Of a DNA stretch of 11,149 nucleotides, positions 7,469-11,149 are shown one piece after another. The translations under genes were made by a program, and so were the position numbers. The stretch spans positions 1 through 11,149 of the forward strand of contig JAQBGU010000058.1 of assembly GCA_032128375.1 (NCBI GenBank), read 5' to 3'. The DNA is from Deltaproteobacteria bacterium (lineage in GTDB: Bacteria > Myxococcota_A > UBA9160 > SMWR01). Positions within the stretch are counted from its first letter, which is position 1, and each line of letters begins with the position of its first letter. The notes beneath the pieces are model-generated. The model did no database searches and was not told the origin of the DNA. It saw only the letters and a program-made list of their open reading frames with translations.

Positions 7469-8044
7469 ATGACGAAACGGTCAACCAGCGAGGAGTCGAT
7501 CCTGTCCGCCGCGAGGCGGGCCGTCGCGGAACGGGGGCCGGGCAAGCTGAAGCTGTCGGCGGTCGCGGCGGCGGCAGGGGTGTCACGCCCGACCCTCTAC
7601 CGGTGGTTCCCGACCAAGACAGACCTCCTCGCGGCTCTCACCGAGTTCGAGAAGAGCCAGTTCGATGCGGGGTTGCAGGCGGCGGTCGCGGCTCATCGAA
7701 AGCCGGCTCGCCAGCTCGACGCAGCTTTGCAATACCTCGTGACCTATCTCGATGGATCGATGGGCCCCGATCCCATCGGCGCAGATCCGGCCTTCGCTCT
7801 CCAGTCACTCGGCTGGTGGCTGCCACTGCAGGTCGTAGCTCTGGTGAGGCTGCTCGGGGACGCGTTCAACGAGGTCCCGTCCGTGCGCGCTGGCGCTGTG
7901 TCGCAGGAACAGGCCGCCGAAATGTTCCTGCGGTTGGCCTACTCCCACTACCTGGTGCCCCACCCGGATCCCCAGGTGATTCTGGCCACGATGCGCAGCT
8001 TCGCAGGGCTTTCTCGCCGCTCGCTCAGACGAGTGGCGGGATGA
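7469..8044 (+). CDS. TetR/AcrR family transcriptional regulator
   Basis: 191 aa. N-terminal HTH ILSAARRAVAERG...LSAVAAAAGVSRPTLYRWFPTKTDLL and a helical C-terminal domain. Confidence 0.93.
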   Translation: MTKRSTSEESILSAARRAVAERGPGKLKLSAVAAAAGVSRPTLYRWFPTKTDLLAALTEFEKSQFDAGLQAAVAAHRKPARQLDAALQYLVTYLDGSMGPDPIGADPAFALQSLGWWLPLQVVALVRLLGDAFNEVPSVRAGAVSQEQAAEMFLRLAYSHYLVPHPDPQVILATMRSFAGLSRRSLRRVAG

Positions 8045-8105
8045 ATCGAAGACCGCGCCAAGTGCGGACTGCGTTGGATATGTCGACCAACGGGGCCACC
8101 TCACG

Positions 8106-9242
8106 ATGACGACTGTCGACAAACTGATCGATCAGGCACGCGAGCGGACCGGGCTCTCCGATTTCGGTTCCGAGTCGTTCCGCGACGGCCTGGTGGCTTT
8201 GATCGAAGGCGCCGAGGCGGCGGGGACCTTCAACGAGCTGGGCAGGACGGTCCTGCAGGAACAGACGATCGGCTTCCTGTCTACCCGCCTATCGGTCGAG
8301 GACTGTTACCGGCGCCATCCAGAGATCGACGAGCAGAAGATCGTCGCTCCGCTGTTCGGCCTCGGTCTGCCCCGGACTGGATCGACGGCGTTGAGCTTCC
8401 TGCTCGCCGAAGACCCCCGGAGCCGCTCGCTGCTCACGTGGGAGACGAACTCACCGACGCCACCTCCGGAGCCCGCCACCACCGACACCGATCCCCGCAT
8501 CGCCAAGGCCGCAGCTCGAATCGCGCTGATGGACCAGATGGCCCCGAGGTTCAAGGTCATGCTCCCCAGCTCGCCGACCGGACCCAACGAGTGTCTGCCC
8601 GTTCTGGCCCTCGACTTCCGGTCGGCCATGTTCTTCGCGCTGGGCGACAACCGCCACTACGAGCAGTGGCTCGCGGCGTGCGACATGGTCCCGGCCTACC
8701 GGTACCACCAACGGGTGCTCAAGCTGCTGCAGTGGAGTTTCCCCGCGCGACCGTGGCGGCTCAAGTCGCCGGCGCACATGGACACCATCGATGCGCTCCT
8801 CGAGGTGTACCCCGATGCCTCATTCGTCATGACCCATCGCGACATCGGGCAGGTGATGCCATCGCTCGTCAGCCTCTTCGACGCCATGTCCGAGATGCTC
8901 CGCAGCGGGCCACTCGCGCCGGACTTCGCCGCCAATCAGGCCGCCTTCTGGGAACGTGCACTGCGCAAGACCCTCGCCTACCGCGACGCTGGGCACGAGG
9001 ACCGGTTCTTCGACATGCAATTCGCCGACGTGCGTAAGGATCCCGTGGGCGAGGTGCGGAAGCTGTACGACTGGCTCGGCGTCGAGCTCACCGACGAGGT
9101 GGCAGACCGCATGTCCGCGTGGTGGAGCTCGAACCCGCGCGACAAGCAGGGCGCCCACGAGTACCACGCCGAAGACTACGGCATCGATCTCGACGAGTTG
9201 CACCGTCAGTTCGCCTTCTACAACGACCGATTTGCGGTCTAG
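8106..9242 (+). CDS. Sulfotransferase (Sulfotransfer_3-type, mycobacterial Stf-like)
   Basis: 378 aa. ARERTGLSDFG N-terminus, 5'-PSB loop GLPRTGST (8364-8387), WRLKSPAH, FVMTHRD (3'-PB region), DPVGEVRKLYDWLG, HEYHAEDYGID. Confidence 0.92.
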   Translation: MTTVDKLIDQARERTGLSDFGSESFRDGLVALIEGAEAAGTFNELGRTVLQEQTIGFLSTRLSVEDCYRRHPEIDEQKIVAPLFGLGLPRTGSTALSFLLAEDPRSRSLLTWETNSPTPPPEPATTDTDPRIAKAAARIALMDQMAPRFKVMLPSSPTGPNECLPVLALDFRSAMFFALGDNRHYEQWLAACDMVPAYRYHQRVLKLLQWSFPARPWRLKSPAHMDTIDALLEVYPDASFVMTHRDIGQVMPSLVSLFDAMSEMLRSGPLAPDFAANQAAFWERALRKTLAYRDAGHEDRFFDMQFADVRKDPVGEVRKLYDWLGVELTDEVADRMSAWWSSNPRDKQGAHEYHAEDYGIDLDELHRQFAFYNDRFAV

Positions 9243-9265
9243 CCCGATCGTACTGGAGATCCGTC

Positions 9266-10501
9266 ATGAGCATGGAGTTCGACTGGTATATCGGGAACAT
9301 CGACAAGGCGGTGAACACCGACGTCTACGACAACCCCGCCCTGCTCGACGGCACCGCGTTCGCAGAGTTCGCCGCATCGATCGGACGGCTCGGCGATCAG
9401 ATGAAGCGCGCCGACCTTCCCAACGCGCCGGTCGACGTCGCGGCCGGCTATCGGCACCTGCTGGTCATGCTTGGCGATGGGATCAACCGGGCGCTCGTCC
9501 CAGCCGACCCCTATGCGCCGACGTTCGGGGCGATCGTGCGAACCGACGTCTTCAAGTGGGGCCTCGACTGCCCCGACTGCGCCTATCGGACCACCGCCAT
9601 CCGTGGTGATCTGAACTACAGGATCAGCGGCAACGTCGGTACCGTGCGCTACCTGAGCTTCCAGATCAACGAAGGCATGGCCAACCACGGCAACATCCGC
9701 AACGACCAGCTCGACTGCGACGCCGATGGCAACTTCGAGCTGTGGATCGGCCCCGACAAGCATTCCGGCAACTGGTTGGGCACTCCGGCTGACGCTGACA
9801 CGATCATCAGCCGCCAGTTCTTCGCCGATTGGGACAACGAGCGGCGCGCCGAGTTCGAGATCGAACTCGTGTCTCCGGCGCCCCGCGACGCCGGGGCCCA
9901 TCTGCTCATCGCCACCCCCAACCGCGTCGCCCGCCAGCTCGCGGCGGTCGGCACCTGGTTGGAGGCCAACTTCAAGTTCTTCGCCGACATCGAGGCGCAA
10001 GGGCAGGTGAATCTCCACAACGCGTTCGACGACGCCACGGTCAAGTCGGAGATGGGCGGTGCGCAGGAGAACATCAACGCCTGGGGCCACTACGACGTCG
10101 GTCCGGACGAGGCGCTGATCGTCGAGGCGACACCCGCGCCGGCCCTCTACTGGAGCCTGCACGCTGGCAACTTCTTCTGGGAGTCGCTCGAATACGCGGC
10201 TCGGCACACGAGCCTGAACAACCACCAGGCGGTCCTCGACGACGACGGCGTGTTCCGGGCGGTGATCGCCCATCGCGACCCCGGCGTTCCGAACTGGATC
10301 GACACCCTGGGCCACGCCAAGGGGCCGCTGCTGTTCCGCTGGGTGGTGGCGGAGCACGGGCCGGCCGGGAAGACCCGGATCGTGCCCTTCGACCAGATCC
10401 GCGAGCACCTGCCGGCGAGCACCGCATCGGTCTCCCCAGAGCAGCGGGCCGAGATCATCGCGCGCCGCCGGCGCGCCGTTCAGCGCCGTTTCGCTGCATG
10501 A
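9266..10501 (+). CDS. DUF1214-like protein (sulfotransferase-associated hypothetical)
   Basis: About 411 aa from ATG 9266 with SD GGAG at 9255-9258. The track start 9119 overlaps the sulfotransferase and is rejected. Motifs KWGLDCPDCAY, YRISGNVG, DADGNFEL, RQFFADW, PDEALIV, WESLEY, SLN, DDDGVFRAVIAHRDPGVPNWIDTLGH, LFRW. Confidence 0.82.
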   Translation: MSMEFDWYIGNIDKAVNTDVYDNPALLDGTAFAEFAASIGRLGDQMKRADLPNAPVDVAAGYRHLLVMLGDGINRALVPADPYAPTFGAIVRTDVFKWGLDCPDCAYRTTAIRGDLNYRISGNVGTVRYLSFQINEGMANHGNIRNDQLDCDADGNFELWIGPDKHSGNWLGTPADADTIISRQFFADWDNERRAEFEIELVSPAPRDAGAHLLIATPNRVARQLAAVGTWLEANFKFFADIEAQGQVNLHNAFDDATVKSEMGGAQENINAWGHYDVGPDEALIVEATPAPALYWSLHAGNFFWESLEYAARHTSLNNHQAVLDDDGVFRAVIAHRDPGVPNWIDTLGHAKGPLLFRWVVAEHGPAGKTRIVPFDQIREHLPASTASVSPEQRAEIIARRRRAVQRRFAA

Positions 10502-10730
10502 AGCGCAAGAACGCAGGCCGAAAAGCCTCGGCGAAGCCATCACCCACGCACGAACACTGGGAGTTGATCGACATGGACACACCAAAGGCGGTGTGCTGGA
10601 ACAGAACGCAAAAGGTGATCGCGCGAAAGGACCAGTGCGCCGAGCGAATACCAACCCAGTAGCGAGCGCGACAGCGCCCCGTCGGGGGTGGCAGCCGCCT
10701 TATCGGTAGACACGCTCAGTAGACATGCCC

Positions 10731-11149
10731 CTAGCGACCCAGTTTCAATGCGAGATTCGACATCTGGATCCCGCGCACGAACTGACTCATCTGGTCGGTG
10801 TCACCTGCCTGGAGGAAGGCAAACGAAATACCCGTTGCCGGCTCTGCAAACCCGATCTGGCCGCCGTAGCCCGGCCAGCCGTACGCGGTCTCTGACTCGC
10901 CCCAAGTGGTCCCGAAGCCCTTGCCGATCACGACGCCCAGAGTTCTGTTGGCTGGGAGATTCATCAAGGGATCTGGAAGAGTGCAGCGGATGTTCCCTAC
11001 CGCGTCGGCGAGCACTTCGGGGTTCCAGAGCGTGCCGGGGTTGTGGAGCAGGCCCTGGTAGAAGAGCGAGAGTGTGGCGGCCGTCATCACGCCACCGCCG
11101 CCGGGCTCGCCGGCCTCGATCTTCTCCGCACAATCGAAAGGCGCCTTCT
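10731..11149 (-). CDS. Serine hydrolase, beta-lactamase/EstA-like family, 5'-partial (C-terminal part only)
   Basis: Frame stays open to the window edge: KAPFDCAEKIEAGEPGGGGVMTAATLSLFYQGLLHNP...RTLG...YGWPGYGGQIGFAEPATGISFAFL. PGGGG and GxxGxGGQxxxAxP are typical of family VIII esterases. The SxxK motif would lie outside the window. Confidence 0.8.
   Translation of the reverse strand, partial: KAPFDCAEKIEAGEPGGGGVMTAATLSLFYQGLLHNPGTLWNPEVLADAVGNIRCTLPDPLMNLPANRTLGVVIGKGFGTTWGESETAYGWPGYGGQIGFAEPATGISFAFLQAGDTDQMSQFVRGIQMSNLALKLGR

Noticed and set aside
7456..8109. 217-aa alternative-frame ORF overlapping tetR
   Set aside because: Arg/Gly/Pro-rich frame-shifted shadow. Only its last 22 codons are of possible interest (reported separately).
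9119..9265. N-terminal extension of the DUF1214 ORF
   Set aside because: Overlaps the sulfotransferase 3' end. ATG 9266 has a good SD.
9239..10654. 471-aa antisense ORF spanning the DUF1214 gene
   Set aside because: Typical stop-poor antisense shadow of a high-GC3 gene. No motifs, and the sense gene has family motifs and an SD.
10675..10690. CGCCCC-GTCG-GGGGTG hairpin between convergent genes as a terminator
   Set aside because: Short stem with a wobble pair and no U-tract on either strand. Insufficient support.
1..11149. CRISPR arrays, tRNA/rRNA, IS elements, integrases, defence genes
   Set aside because: No periodic repeats, cloverleaf/rRNA signatures, transposase or recombinase motifs were seen on either strand.

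Overview
GC-rich bacterial window with three blocks. (1) 1-4177, + strand: a lipid/steroid-like catabolic operon with a 5'-truncated TIGR03084-type (MDMPI/DinB-like) protein, two adjacent acyl-CoA dehydrogenases carrying the motif split expected of an alpha2beta2 heteromeric ACAD, and a nitronate monooxygenase/FabK-like flavoprotein. (2) 4205-7120, - strand: two tandem membrane-anchored SGNH/GDSL-fold proteins, preceded by a decayed C-terminal remnant of a GPH/MFS transporter. (3) About 7117-10660, + strand: a C-terminal remnant of an LLM-class (F420-type) oxidoreductase that the ORF track misses, then an AT-rich promoter/operator, a TetR regulator, a PAPS-type sulfotransferase and a DUF1214-like protein. 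The window ends in the 3' part of a convergent beta-lactamase-fold serine hydrolase. The clearest structural anomaly is the junction at about 7115-7130, where two 5'-less gene fragments sit back to back on opposite strands. The best candidate for an uncharacterised system is the TetR-sulfotransferase-DUF1214 module. No RNA genes, CRISPR arrays or transposases were seen. All family calls come from motif recognition by eye, not database searches.
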